This document shows, piece by piece, positions 1-13,502 of a DNA stretch of 64,000 nt. The first letter of the stretch is position 1. Every line of letters begins with the position of its first letter. Made by a program: the position numbers and the translations under genes. The notes under the pieces are model-generated. The model saw only the letters and a program-made list of their open reading frames with translations. It had not been told where the DNA came from and did not search any database. The stretch lies in NCBI GenBank assembly GCA_964106645.2, contig OZ067047.1. One strand, written 5' to 3'. Source of the stretch: Podarcis pityusensis. Lineage: Eukaryota.

Positions 1-2305
1 AATGGGAGAACTTATTCCTTTCCTTTGGCTATAATTGGAGGGAATTAACAATGGCAGCCCTAGATAGAGGGTTGGGCTATTTCTGTGGGCCAAGGGATAC
101 ATACCCATTGGCATACATACTTTTTTTTTTGCTGGTGGGGAACCACTAATTTCACTTCCTATGGCTCCTCAATAGGTTTTCTAGTGGAACTTGGATTGTA
201 TGCTAACCTCATATTCGAAGTTTTTTTTTAAAAAATCCGCACTCTAAATATTTGCATTTAGGGCACACTTTTTTAAAAAATGCAAATAGCAGCAATGGGG
301 GCTGATAGGTATCAGGATCATAGCAGGTATCATGTAAGTATCAGGATCTCTTTCTAGACACTGGATACATCTCTTTCAAGGAAAAATCTTTTCTGTTCTT
401 GTTTAAATCATTCCTAAAAGTAATAATTCATTTGATAAGTTTTTTCTAGACCACAGATTGGCACTATTAACATGCTTTTTGCTTCAATTAAGTAAATTAA
501 TCAATTCATCAGATGAAGGCAAAGGATTGATCACAGGTTGAGCCTTCCAAGTTTCTTGAATTAAGTGATTTTATACTGGAGCACACAAATCTATCATTCT
601 GGATTATGACTAGATTAAAATGTGTCCCCGTTGCCATGTGGGATCTGAAGTAAAAGAGCTAACAGCAACTGCTACAAGTCCATAGCACAAGTAAAGAACG
701 GACATAAAGTTACTTAATGAACAAATTCAACACCAATCAGAATTACATTAATTCAGAAACAAACTGCATTGCAGGATTGTAGCCTTAATTTTAGTGCTGC
801 TGCCATGGATATGCTACAATTGATTCTAAACCTGCACACTGTCCACAACAGTTTGTGGCCACCAAAGAACAAATTGGGGTTGTCCCCAGCCCTGAATTAG
901 CTCCCAGAGTTGTAGGGTGGGGAGAGAAAGTTAAAAAACACACACGTTAGGATATGCCGCTAAAATTATTTCAATAATTGATTCCCCCCCCCCAAGTGCA
1001 TTTCCAAAGCTTTACAATTGATTTGGCATTTCTTTTCTTTGCCAGTATATGAACTTCAGTTTGTCCTGCAAATTACTGGCAATTATTCTTCCTGTAGCTG
1101 CAAAACAGGCCTCCTAAACTTCCTGTTGCTCTTCAGAGTTATTGGATTTCTCATAATTACTGGCTTGCCCTGCCATTTCTTCAAATGGGGACAATTGCAG
1201 ATCATGTTGCTTGGTTTGCAATGTCAATATGTGGGGGGAAAAATGTGCCTGGATATCGGAGCAATGCATGCAGGCATGTAGAAAGAAAGCACATTTATTT
1301 TTACATTACAAATACTGGAATATAGCAACTAAATATCTAATCCATGGGAAGTATTGTGTCAATTCCAGCTTCAGAGTAGACCCATTGAAATTAATCAACA
1401 TGACTAACTTAGGTCCATTAATTTTAGTGAGTAGGGCTAGGATTGGGTACAACCAACCACGTTATTATTAGAGAGTTGATCCTAGAACATTTTGATCATT
1501 CTCACTTCGTGCTTGAAGCAGTCCATTTTCAGCAGCAGAAGAAAGGACAAGCTCCCTTGAATTTGGCCTTGCTTACGCCAGCAAACACTTCTGTTACTCT
1601 GGCACATGCTGCAGTTCAGCAGCACAGGAATTGTAATGAAACAACACAGGAATTGCGAGCAAATGCATCACAAGGTTACTTACTCACAAGAAGATCCAGG
1701 AAAGGCCATGCTGCTCCTTGAGTTAACAAACTGCAATGATTCCTCAATATAAGACTGATATGGGAGTCTGAAAATTGAAAGCAAAAGCTTCAAATTAGCT
1801 TCTTTTACCCCATGGTGGTAGGGAAGGGCTCCAGACTACTACAATCAGCCTTCCACTGAGGAAGCATCACGGCCTTTTATGTAATGCAACATGAAGGCCT
1901 TTACTGCCAAAGTGATTTCCCCTACATTATCTCAGCAAGCAGGTTGGCACCATTATTTCCATACGATGCAGTTGTCAAAGGGTGAGTGCATGTGCATGCA
2001 CAAGATAGTCACTTGTCAAAACATCCACAGCGAAGCTTGTCTCCCCAGCGGTGATTGCTTTGCATGGTTAGCGGTGAACAGCTGCTAAAACTACATAAAA
2101 AGCAAGATCCATTGAAACAACAGCAATCAAGAGTTCCATATGAAAAGCAGTGTCTGAAAATAACAGCTGAAATAGATAACTGTCAGCTACCTACCAAAGG
2201 AAGCAGTGATGGTGCATGGTGCATTTCCATTTGGCAGGGCATCCCATAAAATCAACACCGTGTCAAAAATACCTGTGTGCCCTGTACTCAACATATTTGG
2301 GATCA

Positions 2306-2570
2306 ACCTTCCCTAATTTAGTGCCCTGCAGATGTTGGAATACCAACTTCCATCAGATGCAGCCACCATGGCCATTAGTCAGGAATGATGGAAGGTGTAG
2401 ACCAGTGATGGCCAAACATGGTCCTCCAGCTGTTTTGGGACTACAATTCCCATCATCCCTGACCACTGGTCCTGTTAGCTAGGGATGATGGGAGTTGTAG
2501 TCCCAAAATAGCTGGAGGGTCAAGTTTGGCCAACAACCTCTGGAGGGCACCAGGGTTGCAAACGTTTGCT
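2306..2570. mobile_element. Older palindromic hAT-type MITE interrupted by a second MITE
   Basis: gtgccctgcagatgtt ... aacctctggagggcacc inverted arms, split at about 2402/2533. Confidence 0.55.
2403..2532. mobile_element. Palindromic non-autonomous hAT-type MITE
   Basis: cagtgatggccaaac...agtttggcca; long internal inverted repeat; same family as 5013-5148 and 63887-64000. Confidence 0.75.
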
Positions 2571-2741
2571 TTAGGTGATCAGGGATATGGAGAAGGCCAT
2601 TCAAAGAAGATATAGAATGTTGGGGGAGCTGATTAAATAACCACTTCCCTTTCAGATCCTGAATTCACATGGGAAATGTAGCAGCATCAGGCTTTCTTTG
2701 GCAAAATTTAGATGAAGGTCACTTGCACACACAACAGTGTA

Positions 2742-2978
2742 GAAGAGTTTGGATTTGATATCCCGCCTTTCACTCCCTTTAAGGAGTCTCAAAGCGGCTA
2801 ACATTCTCCTTTCCCTTCCTCCCCCACAACAAACACTCTGTGAGGTGAGTGGGGCTGAGAGACTTCAAAGAAGTGTGACTGGCCCAAGGTCACCCAGCAG
2901 CTGCATGTGGAGGAGCGGAGACTCAAACCCGGTTCACCAGATTACGAGACTACCGCTCTTAACCACTACACCACACTG
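2742..2978 (-). mobile_element. Squam3-type (tRNA/MIR-CORE-derived) SINE, young copy
   Basis: tRNA-like head with A/B boxes, CORE-like gtgaccttgggccagtcac, CTT tail; near-identical to 25495-25753. Confidence 0.85.
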
Positions 2979-3689
2979 TACTTTAAAATGTATGAATTTG
3001 TGGCTTAATTTCCAAACATCTCCAAACTGTGTGGTTGTTAATGAAAAATGAATCTTGAGTCTTTGAGAGGAAATAAAATCTTGAAAGAGTAAGATATAGA
3101 TGGACATGAAAAGAGTTGCTTCCCATATAAAAAATGGGTAAATTATGGGTAAGGTGGCATCTTCTTGTCCTGCAGACCCAGAGCAGTAGCTATTCCTGAT
3201 CAGAGTCCCTACAGCCAATATTATAGCCAGGCATGTCTCTGGAGTGCTGATTGGTTGCCTGGACAAGGATGCACCTGATCCTGAAAGGATACATGACGGT
3301 CTGCTTTGAGGAATCAAGATGAAGATTATACTGCAGGGCCTTGTTTACAAGCCCTTTCCATCAGTAATTTGTCCACATGCCTCACTCATTAATTATATGT
3401 ACTTCTTTCTATGCCAAGTCCACCAAACTACAATGTTCTACATATTTCCTCGATATCGCTGAGCTACACTGACTCCTAAAGTGATTTTGATTTTCAGGCC
3501 TTGATATTGGAGATAGCTTATTGCATCCACCTATTAGTCTGTGCAGTTTTTGTTCCAGCCTTTGCAACTCTGCTTGATGGTTATACGCAAACACCACCAT
3601 AACAGATATTTATGCAAATTGTTCTGCACTCCTTTCTAAAATACATTTCTGTATTCTCAATATTTCTCAACATCTTCTTGGTTTGACAG

Positions 3690-3847
3690 GTGCCTATCTT
3701 GTGCCATATTTAATTTTGCTGCTGGTCATCGGGATACCGCTTTTCTTCTTGGAGCTTTCAGTGGGTCAGAGAATTCGGCGTGGAAGCATTGGAGTATGGA
3801 ATTATATCAGCCCCAAGCTTGGTGGAATTGGATTTGCAAGCTGTGTA
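3690..3847 (+). CDS. SLC6A15: SLC6A15 coding exon (about human exon 3), [53 protein letters not shown]
   Basis: Typical SLC6 TM2 motif; acceptor ttgacAG at 3688-3689, donor GTaagt at 3848; 158 bp. Confidence 0.96.
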
Positions 3848-4078
3848 GTAAGTACTGCTTGCGTAGTAAGTAATGTGACCTATTTCCCAAGCCTTAGTGC
3901 ATACCGTGAGTTTTCCAAATACCCTTTCATTTTAAAAAGGAGCTAATATGCTGAAGGATTAGCTTTGTGATTTGCAGAGTACCTAAGATTTATATATTAA
4001 AACTAAGGAAGGGATCTGCCTCAGTGCCCACATAACTATGAAACTAATTAGCTGGCATGCCACTTGTTTAGATTACAG

Positions 4079-4212
4079 AAGCCTCCCCGAATTTGTGCCC
4101 TTCAGATGTTTTAGGCTATAACTCTCATAATTCTTGGACATTGTCAAAGCTGCATGTGGCTGATGGGAACGGTAGTCCAAAACAAATGGAAGTGGCAGGT
4201 TGGGGAAGGCTA
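4079..4212. mobile_element. Degenerate palindromic hAT-type MITE
   Basis: gcctccccga...tggggaaggc terminal inverted similarity; internal gatgggaacggtagtccaaaac motif of the same superfamily. Confidence 0.5.
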
Positions 4213-5012
4213 GCATAAGCAGGTAAGGTGCTAAAGAATTTATCTATTTATATACTGCTTACATGCCCAAATGGCTTCTAAAGTGGTTTACAAGTATAAC
4301 TCCAATTATAAATTCCATACATAACTAAAATACACAGTAAAACAAGCCAGTTAACCATTAAAACAGTTTTAAAAATACTAAAACAATTAGATCAGGAAGC
4401 TCAAGTTCAGGGGAAGGCTTGCCTAAACAGGTGTGTTTTCAGGAGCTGGTGGAATGCCAGTGCTGATGGCACCTCTCAGCAAGAAGGGGATATAACTTTA
4501 AAACAGAGGAAATGCACATAAAATGTTTGGAATCTGCAGATGCCGTCTATCTTTTAAAGTGTGTTACCTGGCCATGCAATCGTTATATAGATTGAAAATC
4601 TCTTTTAGCTCCTTGGTTTGTGCTGAGGCAAAAAGCCAGTGGCAGAGTGGAGACAAAGGCAGAGTAACAACTGTAATTTTACTTCTGTATCATAGGCTAG
4701 TATGTATACATTTCCATGTACCCCTTCCTGTCCTCTATCTAGGCAAGCAAGGATATCCAGCTAGGAAGGGGGGGGGGCACTTAGGATTTGAAGCAGGACC
4801 AGTGAGGTTTGTTGTTGGGGAGAGTTTGTTTAGTCAAGAGGAGAATTCTGACTGCCAGACAGAGTGGTTTGGGGGCTACATTTAGCTCCTGAGCCTGAGG
4901 CTTCCCACCCTTGTGGTACACTGTAAGCTCATGACTTAGGCCTGGCCCTGCCACAAGATGTGATGAAGTGACTTGCTTCAGGCAGCACCACAGCAGGCGT
5001 GTGTGTTTAAAT

Positions 5013-5148
5013 CAGTCACCCCCAAACTCAGCCCTCCAGATGTTTTGGGCCTACAACTCCCACCATCCCTAGCTAACAGGACCAGTGGTCAGGGATGATG
5101 GGAATTGTAGTCCCAAAACAGATGGAGGGCTGAGTTTGGGGATGCCTG
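5013..5148. mobile_element. hAT-type MITE with 8-bp TSD
   Basis: TIRs cagtcacccccaaact / agtttggggatgcctg; TSD gtttaaat (5005-5012) / gtataaat (5149-5156). Confidence 0.85.
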
Positions 5149-5310
5149 GTATAAATGATGCATCAAGACTTCAACATGTTCTTTCTGAAGTTGGTGTTTG
5201 TTTCTGCATCAGATAATAGAACTTGGCAATTAGAGAGCCATGTTAAAAATGTTATTTTCTATGCCAATACTAGGAAAATTGCTTCTGAAAATATTTTACT
5301 TTTCCCACAG

Positions 5311-5437
5311 GTATGCTTTTTTGTGGCCCTATACTACAATGTCATCATTGGATGGAGTTTGTTTTACTTTTCTCAGTCCTTTCAGCACCCGTTGCCATGG
5401 GACCAATGTCCTTTGGTGAAAAATTCTTCACATACTT
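5311..5437 (+). CDS. SLC6A15: SLC6A15 coding exon (about exon 4), [42 protein letters not shown]
   Basis: SLC6 TM3 YYN and LPW motifs; ttttcccacAG / GTaagc; 127 bp, phase-compatible with neighbours. Confidence 0.96.
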
Positions 5438-5457
5438 GTAAGCATCTAGTGTATTAA

Positions 5458-5550
5458 CCTTCCTTCCTTCCTTCCTTCCTCCCTTCCTCCCTTCCTCCCT
5501 TCCTCCCTTCCTCCCTTCCTCCCTTCCTCCCTTCCTCCCTTCCCCTCCCT
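5458..5550. repeat. (CCTT)n/(CCCTTCCT)n microsatellite
   Basis: Direct tandem repeat 20 bp downstream of the exon donor. Confidence 0.95.
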
Positions 5551-6076
5551 TCTACCCTTTGTTAGAAAATTTTTTATAAGTTTTAAAAATGCTACAGAGT
5601 ACAAAAACCAAGCAAACTAAAGAGGAAATCACTGAAAGCAAAACCCAGTGAATTGTTTGCTGACTCTCTAGCATTTAGATTAAGAATATTGGAGCACCGC
5701 AGCACTTATGTTTTGTATAACCATGCTGAACTGGAATGTTTCATATTGTTAAATTAAGTTATTGATCCTTCCCCAAAATACTGCTTTTCCAGTATGATTC
5801 TTAGCAATAACACTTGATAGCTAGCATAAACAATGTTATAATTTAGAAAGGGGGGAAAATCCATAATATTTCCAGAGGTTTTTTAGTTGGTGGTCTAACT
5901 CTTTTATTTTGACATATAGACACTTTAATTGATTTCCTTGTGCACTTAGTTGCTCCTTGATTCAATTTCCCCTTATTGGGAGTTTTAAAACTCATAGTAC
6001 TGGAAAGGAAACATTTCCATTTGTTTAGTTTGGCAGAGATACTTATGGTAGATTTTGTATGTTATTGTAACAGAGT

Positions 6077-6080
<4 letters not shown>

Positions 6081-6113
<33 letters not shown>
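6081..6113. repeat. (TA)n microsatellite
   Basis: Seen directly. Confidence 0.95.
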
Positions 6114-6118
<5 letters not shown>

Positions 6119-6465
6119 ATCTGGCATGCCAGAAAAGCAAAATCAAAGAATTATGATATGGTAGAGTTTGTCTTAAAGATGACACTTTCTGAACATCCAC
6201 AGTGGTCTCTTTTGACTTGGCCTGACACTAGCATCTTCACTGCCCATACTTGGGAACCACCTTCAAATGCCACTTTGAACTAAATCCAGGGAATGTTATC
6301 ACACATTTATGAATGTTGTAAGAACATGACAGCTTTGATCTGAGAAAAGTACTGTGAATCTCGAAGGTGACAGTCCCAGATCTTGCCTCTGGCAGGTCAC
6401 ATCAACCAGTTACGTTGACAGGAATCAAATGAGGTGGAAAGATTTAAATTTTTCTTAGTATTATA

Positions 6466-6716
6466 CAGTCATACTTTGGTTCTCGAACGGAATCCATTCC
6501 AGAAGTCTATTTGACTTCCAAAAACATTTGAAAACCAAGGCACGGCTTCCGATTGGCTGCAGGAGCTTCCTGCACTCAATTGGAAGCCACAGAAGCTGAG
6601 TTGAACGTTCGGCTTCCAAAAAACATTCGCAAACTGGAACACTCACTTCCGGGTTTGCGGCGCTCAGGAGCCAAAACGTTCGAGTCACAAGGCATTCGAG
6701 AACCAAGGTACGACTG
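6466..6716. mobile_element. Tc1/mariner (pogo/Tigger-like) MITE
   Basis: 22-bp TIRs cagtcatactttggttctcgaa / ttcgagaaccaaggtacgactg with 2 mismatches; TA on both sides. Confidence 0.85.
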
Positions 6717-9700
6717 TACTTGTGATTATGTTTTTCATATTTTAAACATTATTAAAATTGTTTTAAATATGGAAGATGCTATAGATTTTGAATTGTGGCT
6801 AAAAGGGAGGATTCAACGAGTGAATTCCATTAGTGGAAGCCCTGTGCAAGAGCTTCTGCTTTTGCAGCGGGGCTTCCACTGCACTCCAAAAATCGGCTCA
6901 GGGGGCAGGAGAACCCCAAAACATAATGTAAGGGGGAAAGAGGAGGATCATTCCATCTGACAAGCCAAAACACTTGCCCTGACGGAATGATCACCTTATT
7001 GTGACATTGAATTCCAGCCAATGATTTTATTAAGTAAGTAAATAAATAAAAATATGGATCTGACGCAGAAATACAGTACATGTTTTGCAAAACATGATTT
7101 TAACCCAGGAATCACTTGGATCCCACTGATCAGGGGATGACCCAAATGCCACATGTCCCGGTTACATAGGCCTGCATCATTGGTTTACAGAATGATGAGC
7201 CTGAGATACCTGTCAGTCTCAGCTACATTATCCCAGCATATAGGCTGGGATTTTTATCTCAGGCTTCCTGAGGACTGGTTTCTTTTACCTATGTTACACC
7301 AAATGTTAAGAGCTATAACATTCAAGCATCTCTTCTCGGCTCATGGTCATCTGCTGCATCAACATTTATCACTCACTCTAATGGTTTGTTTGTTTTTAAG
7401 GTTTTAGTGCAGTACACAGGAATAGAGATAGTCACATCTGTTCAGAAAAGTCTCTACTAAATCTACTATGAATGTAAGCCCATGCAGGAACATAACAGGA
7501 ATTTCCAAGCTGGAGTCAAAGTCCTTAAAAGTTCAAAATTCTGAAAGCAGAAACAGATGAATTGATTAACTTTTTATTTAAAGTTTCTCCAGGGTCAGGG
7601 TTAAAAGATACATTCTAAATTTACTTGGCTAATTTTAATAGTAGCATTTGTATTGTTTTTGACCGAAACAAAAAGGTGCAGGTTCTGAAACGTTTTTGTG
7701 TAATGTGCTGCATATTTCCTGTTCCTCTATCAACATTTACACTAAACACATAAATAAGGGTAATTGAATGTCACACTAATTATTTCCTTATTCTATTTAT
7801 TCAATTTTCCTAAACATAAAGCAAAAAAACAAAAACAAAAAAAATACCCTCCCCCCCCCAGAAAAACAAAAACCAAGAGGACAATTGAAATACCTGTGAA
7901 TAATCAGACTATATTATGTCTACTTTTATATCTACGGGAATTAGGCAATAACTCATGGCCATAATGAAATAATTCCATTCTGGCATATCATGAAGCATAA
8001 CAGAATGCAATCTATCTCTAGGCTTTAATTATCTCCTGGTGACCACATGCCTTGATCTCCAAATAATAAGAGAAACAAATCTTAATTGCATTTCTAATAA
8101 TATTTTTTCCTTTGCCTGAAGCAAGTATACCAGCAACCTTGAAAGTTGCCTTGACAGTTTGTTGCACAAATTTTCGTTATGAGATACATGATACTTGCTA
8201 GCTTGGTGTTACGTCTCAGTACTCAAATGTTCCCAGCGCAAACAGAGATTATGGTTACTGTAAAGTAACAGACTTTCCTTCTCTAAATAACTTGACATTA
8301 AATACATAGTTTCAGGAAGAGGTTTTTAAAATTGGCTGCACTCTGCCCTTTGCTTAATTCAGTGGCAAAGCTCACATTTATGTGATCATAGCAGGATCAC
8401 AGCCCTTGGCTAAGTTCCTTATTCCAGGGGATCTCAACTGAGGTCTCGCTGAATGGGAATTCCCTGCAGGAACAGAGTTCAAGAATATAGTACTAAAAGA
8501 ATAAATACATTTTAAGAACCATTTACATTTATATAAACACTGTATCAAGTTTCCGATGTACAGGATTCTCATATTCTTGACAAAAGTTGCATTGTGGAAT
8601 TTTAAAGTCTGCAGTACCTATGCACAGTTGCTTGGGACACAGTCTCATTGAACCCAATTGAACTTATTCCTAAATAAACATTTATAGGGTTGGACTTTGA
8701 CAAAGTCTGATATAGTTCTTGTTCTAGTTCATGCATCATTTGTAAAGCACTATATATATGGATGACGCTACATTGCTGTTGCTAATAGTTGTAGTGGTGG
8801 TGTAATTGAAAGGAAGTCCGATGGAGTGTACATGTCTTGCTGTTCAACAAGTAAATGAATGTAGAAACTCTTCTCAAGGTCTTGTTTTAGTAGCAAGATC
8901 TTTTAAAAAACACTTATTAGAGAATTACAGTAATACCTGTTTGTCATGATCACAGTCCCATAGTAGGAAGACATTGCTTTGGAGAACAGGGCTCTTGGAT
9001 TGATTGATTGCATTTCAATCTTGCCCTTCCCCTCTAAACTAAGGGTGGAAAACAGCAGAATAGCAAAGTAATGCAATTTCCCCCAAAAAACCTTCTAAAA
9101 ATTAAATTATTTAAAAACATTAAGAACTTCTAGAGCTATTTAAAAAGTTCTGCAGAAGAGGGAATTATAGCAGCTGCAGCTTTCCTCATTACTACATTAC
9201 AAATTGTATGTGCTAATCCCATTTTTTATAGATCCCTTAAAAGTACTAATTCCAGATATGAGGCAGGGCCCAGTCAAACCATCCTTTGGTGGGCTCCCTT
9301 CCTCTATCAATGGGCCCTCACACGTTTGTCTGCACAACACTGAGCAGTTGACTGACGACACCTTTTTCATTCCCCCCATGCTTCAGAATAATGCCTTGTC
9401 TGGTTCACCATGGAAACTTACAAGTGTCTAGATCCTTTTAATCAACACTGCTTAGGTTTGGACCAAGGAAAAATAGATAAAGGGGAGGTGGCAGAGCAGG
9501 CATTGGGGGTGGGCCCTGGCAACTCCCCTCCCCTCAAAACTCTAGGTGCTGATATTGGTCCTGGGCACCAGTGATCTCTTCTCCTGTGTGCCTTGTCAGT
9601 TTACAATATGGACATATTCCATGAAGGCTAGAAATTAAAAACAAACACAACTCCCACCTGTCCAAGATAGATTACCTGCAGATGTGGTGCTGTACTGATT

Positions 9701-9886
9701 CAAAAGAATGGAAAAAACCAAAGCACTTGACCTGCATTTTCCAATGTGTGTGTCTGGATAAGCCACAAGTGGCAGTACCATGATAACAAACTATAGGAAT
9801 TAGAATGCTTTGTAGAACTGTCTACATGTTGCTTTCTATTTAGGATCCAATTAATATTTTAGATTGCCTTTTCCTTTTCTGATCAG

Positions 9887-10068
9887 TTGTGGAGCCAGAG
9901 TGTGAAAAAAGCTCTGCAACAACGTATTACTGGTACAGAGAAGCACTCAATATTTCCAGCTCTATCTCAGAGAGTGGAGGTCTAAACTGGAAAATGACGA
10001 TCTGCTTGCTGGCTGCTTGGGTTATGGTGTGCCTAGCAATGATTAAAGGGATCCAGTCTTCAGGCAAA
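9887..10068 (+). CDS. SLC6A15: SLC6A15 coding exon (about exon 5), (F)[60 protein letters not shown]
   Basis: Polypyrimidine tract plus gatcAG acceptor, GTgagt donor; 182 bp; KGIQSSGK motif. Confidence 0.96.
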
Positions 10069-12790
10069 GTGAGTAGTTCCCTTTTTGTTTTCTTTAAAAC
10101 TGATTTAAGTCTTCTTCACATTTGCCACCTGAATTCTTCACCACCACACCCCTTTGTCTATCCTCCCATAAAGTTTGCATGGAAAGGCTGGCAGCTATGA
10201 CTCACCATGCTTTTCTGTAATCTCTCCAGTGGAGAAATGTTGGTACATCAACATTAAGATCGTAGTCTATTAAATACAGAAACCATACTTGGATAAAAAG
10301 AGAGGGAGTGTTGCGGTATGAGAACCTTTGTTTTGTTTTCATTTGCCATAGATAATTCTTATAATTGCATCTTGGTGCGTAATTAAAAAAGAAAAAGGAA
10401 GAAAACACAACAAAGAAATGGGATTTGTAGTTGGCTTTCTCAGGATGGATTTCTGTTTCTGGATCTGGACTGCGTCCATGAAGCAAATTGCCAGGCCAAG
10501 TGTCAAAGATTAAGTCTTCAGGATGTCAATGCCCAAAGGAGACACCTAAAAGGAAGACAGGGAACCACATGCTAGACTGTGATTCTTCATGTGGTCTGCA
10601 AGTGGAGAAATGGACATTAAAAAGCATTTGATGACACCAATTGTGTATGGGAGGCTTGTGAAAAATGAGAGCCCAGAGCAGCAGAGGCATTGGATGAGGC
10701 AATGGATAGAGGCCTGGTTTTCAGAGGCATGGTTGCTCTGGAAGAAAAGCAGAAGCAGTGGAGATGTGAGTTCAGCACTGGAGCCAGAGCTAGCAACATA
10801 GGGCACAAAGGGAAGCAGAGGGTCAAGATAAGTAGAAGCTCCAGCAGCATTTGCACACAAAAATGTCCAGCCCTACTGCACATTTCTCATTGCACTTTCG
10901 ATGCAACCATAATATTCTGGGGATCAGGGTAAGAATGATAAAATTGATCTGAAGATAATTTCATACAGAGTGAGCCTCCACAGTCTATGCACCTACTTTT
11001 CCTCTGCCATTTGCCAGTTTCTAAATTGCTAATACACATGCCTGATGTTTGATCCATCTATGACTGTTTTGGAACATGTGACAGTTTACTTAAAGGATTG
11101 GCTTTTTTGGGGGGTTTCTATTGCAATAGGAGATGCAGGGGAGGGGTGCTCTTTATGGAATGTGCAGATACTATCCTTTCTTTGATGTACTTTTGCTGTG
11201 ACATGTCCCAGATTGAAGATAGGAGTTTGCCAAGGAAGTCATACATACCCTGCCCTGATTCTTCTTTCTGCAAGTGGTCCTGACTCACCAGTCAAATGAG
11301 TGATGTCTTCACAGAATGAGTTGGGTGAAAATACTCACATGGGAACTCTTGTCATGGCCACCTTCCCTTAGGGCTAGAGGACTGAGTCATGCCAGAATGT
11401 GGTATAATAAAACTAGTGGCAAATAAAAGCAGATTATTGTTATTATTATTCACAGGGTGCTTCAGATAAGCACAATTCACTGGGAAATTCTCTTTCACAA
11501 GCTTCATTTTTAGTGGAACTTACACATTATGAGTCCCTCACAGATTATTCCATTAGATCCAAGACTCGTGACTGTACAATGCAATCTAACTTTCATGGGA
11601 CTAAATCCCCATGTGGGGATGTATACTATTGCACATCCCTACAAATTCAGCTTCTCAATTTCATCTTCCCAGATTATTAGTTTATATAAGAGATTGTGGT
11701 GGAACAGTTGCTAAACTCTTATTTCAGCAGCAATATAACTTCTGGTACAGAAATGGTTTCCTATTATGACTGTTATTATTTTATTTTCTTAACTAAAATA
11801 TAGCCAGTACAAAATTGTTGTTGTTGTTTTATGATGATGATGATAAGACTTTTTAAATATCTTTTTTTACCAGGTGGTGATTATAATATCAAGTTTCTTC
11901 CTTCTTCTCCTTACAATTATCAGCATCCTTAACAAGCTACCATTCCCAGGATTCTTAGGGGGAACCCATTACTGTTAAAATGTTATAATAGTGTTTTAAA
12001 TGTATGGTGTGGATGTGGCCTTAGCTTTAACCCAGAGGCTCTTGTGTGCCACCCTTTGGATGTGTATTGCTTTCCCATCTCAGCAACAATTTCCTTTCCC
12101 TTCCTTGTATTAACTGTCACTACAATTTACATGTTCACTGAAGTAAACCATAGTAAAATGCAAACATTGTTCCCTCATAACTACAATGTCCCACTTTGAA
12201 CCATGATTCCAACCCCTCAGGGAGCAATGGTTTATTTTAGCCCTGGTTGTTATCCATCTAGCATGAAACAACTCTAGAAAGGGAGGAATGGGAAGGAAAA
12301 GGGGTCAAGGGGCACATTCCTGGTGTTCACTCCCAATATGCAAATTGTGCTTTACATGTATGTTGATGTGCTGAATACAACGCAAGGATCCTCCTTTTCC
12401 TGTTGAGTATTTGAATAAAGTTGGAGCCTTGGTCAGAAAACAAGGAGTTGTTGCAAATAATGCATTGGTCAAATACATGGCCAAATCACTAAAATGCATT
12501 CATATCCTTTCACGTTGAAGTCCCTTTCTTAATAGCACCGCAAATGGCACGGTATACTTCAAAGTGTTTCAAAATATTTCTTACTTCACATGATTTGTTT
12601 CTTCTGATAAACAAGAGCAAGCTATAATTCTGCAATTCTTCAGATCTCTGAAGCAAGCACACAATGCCATGACGAGCTTTGGGAATGTCAGATGACCTTA
12701 GGTTTCTGAATGCACTGCGGATGTGGTTAGACTGTGGAAGACAAGGGCCATTAATGGGTTTTATTTTAACATTCCTTTCGTATTTTTCAG

Positions 12791-12901
12791 ATAATGTACT
12801 TTAGCTCCCTTTTCCCTTATGTGGTACTTATATGCTTTCTAATCAGAGGGCTGCTCTTAAATGGATCACTGGATGGCATTCGTCACATGTTTACACCTAA
12901 G
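12791..12901 (+). CDS. SLC6A15: SLC6A15 coding exon (about exon 6), [37 protein letters not shown]
   Basis: Absent from the ORF track and translated by hand; tatttttcAG / GTatgt; 111 bp, phase 0/0; SLC6 TM5 FPY motif. Confidence 0.95.
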
Positions 12902-13460
12902 GTATGTACTTGGTTTCTGCCTATTATGTTTGATTGCTTTTGACATTCGTTTCATGCCTGAATAGTTTGCATGAACTCTTGTTTCAAGATCAGATTATAT
13001 TGCAGTTAGGTGGAAGAAGTCAACTGAGTTGGTGTGTATCTGCTGTACAACATAAGCTCCATTAACAAAAAATTAAATAAAAATCTCATCCTTTTTACAC
13101 TATTCAAACCAAGGCTGTGTACACACTACCATTTACTCTGCATCAAATACACTCCCATCACTGGTTTGGGAAGCAGTGTACATGTGATGTTAGCCACAAT
13201 CTATATCTATCCTGTTATATTGTCCTTTTTAAAAAAATAAATAAATGAGGTACTGCATTTTGATGCATTCCCCACTTAAGAGTTTAGATCTGAATTGAGA
13301 AAAGGAACGGCCTAGTTGTGCTTTAAGATGGTAATGTCTACACTGCCAAAGTCTCAGCCCACAGGGAATAGGGACTTTTCTACCCAGTTAGCACTGTCTG
13401 CACAGTGACTTGATTCACACTCATTCCAGTGGTACAGGATCACACAACGGGAAAGCTGCT

Positions 13461-13462
<2 letters not shown>

Positions 13463-13500
<38 letters not shown>
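13463..13500. repeat. (GT)n microsatellite
   Basis: Seen directly. Confidence 0.95.

Positions 13501-13502
<2 letters not shown>

Noticed and set aside
2749-3051. Repeated ~100-aa ORF MDLISRLSLPLRSLK... (also at 25457 and 26193) as a gene family
   Set aside because: These are antisense translations of Squam3-type SINE copies
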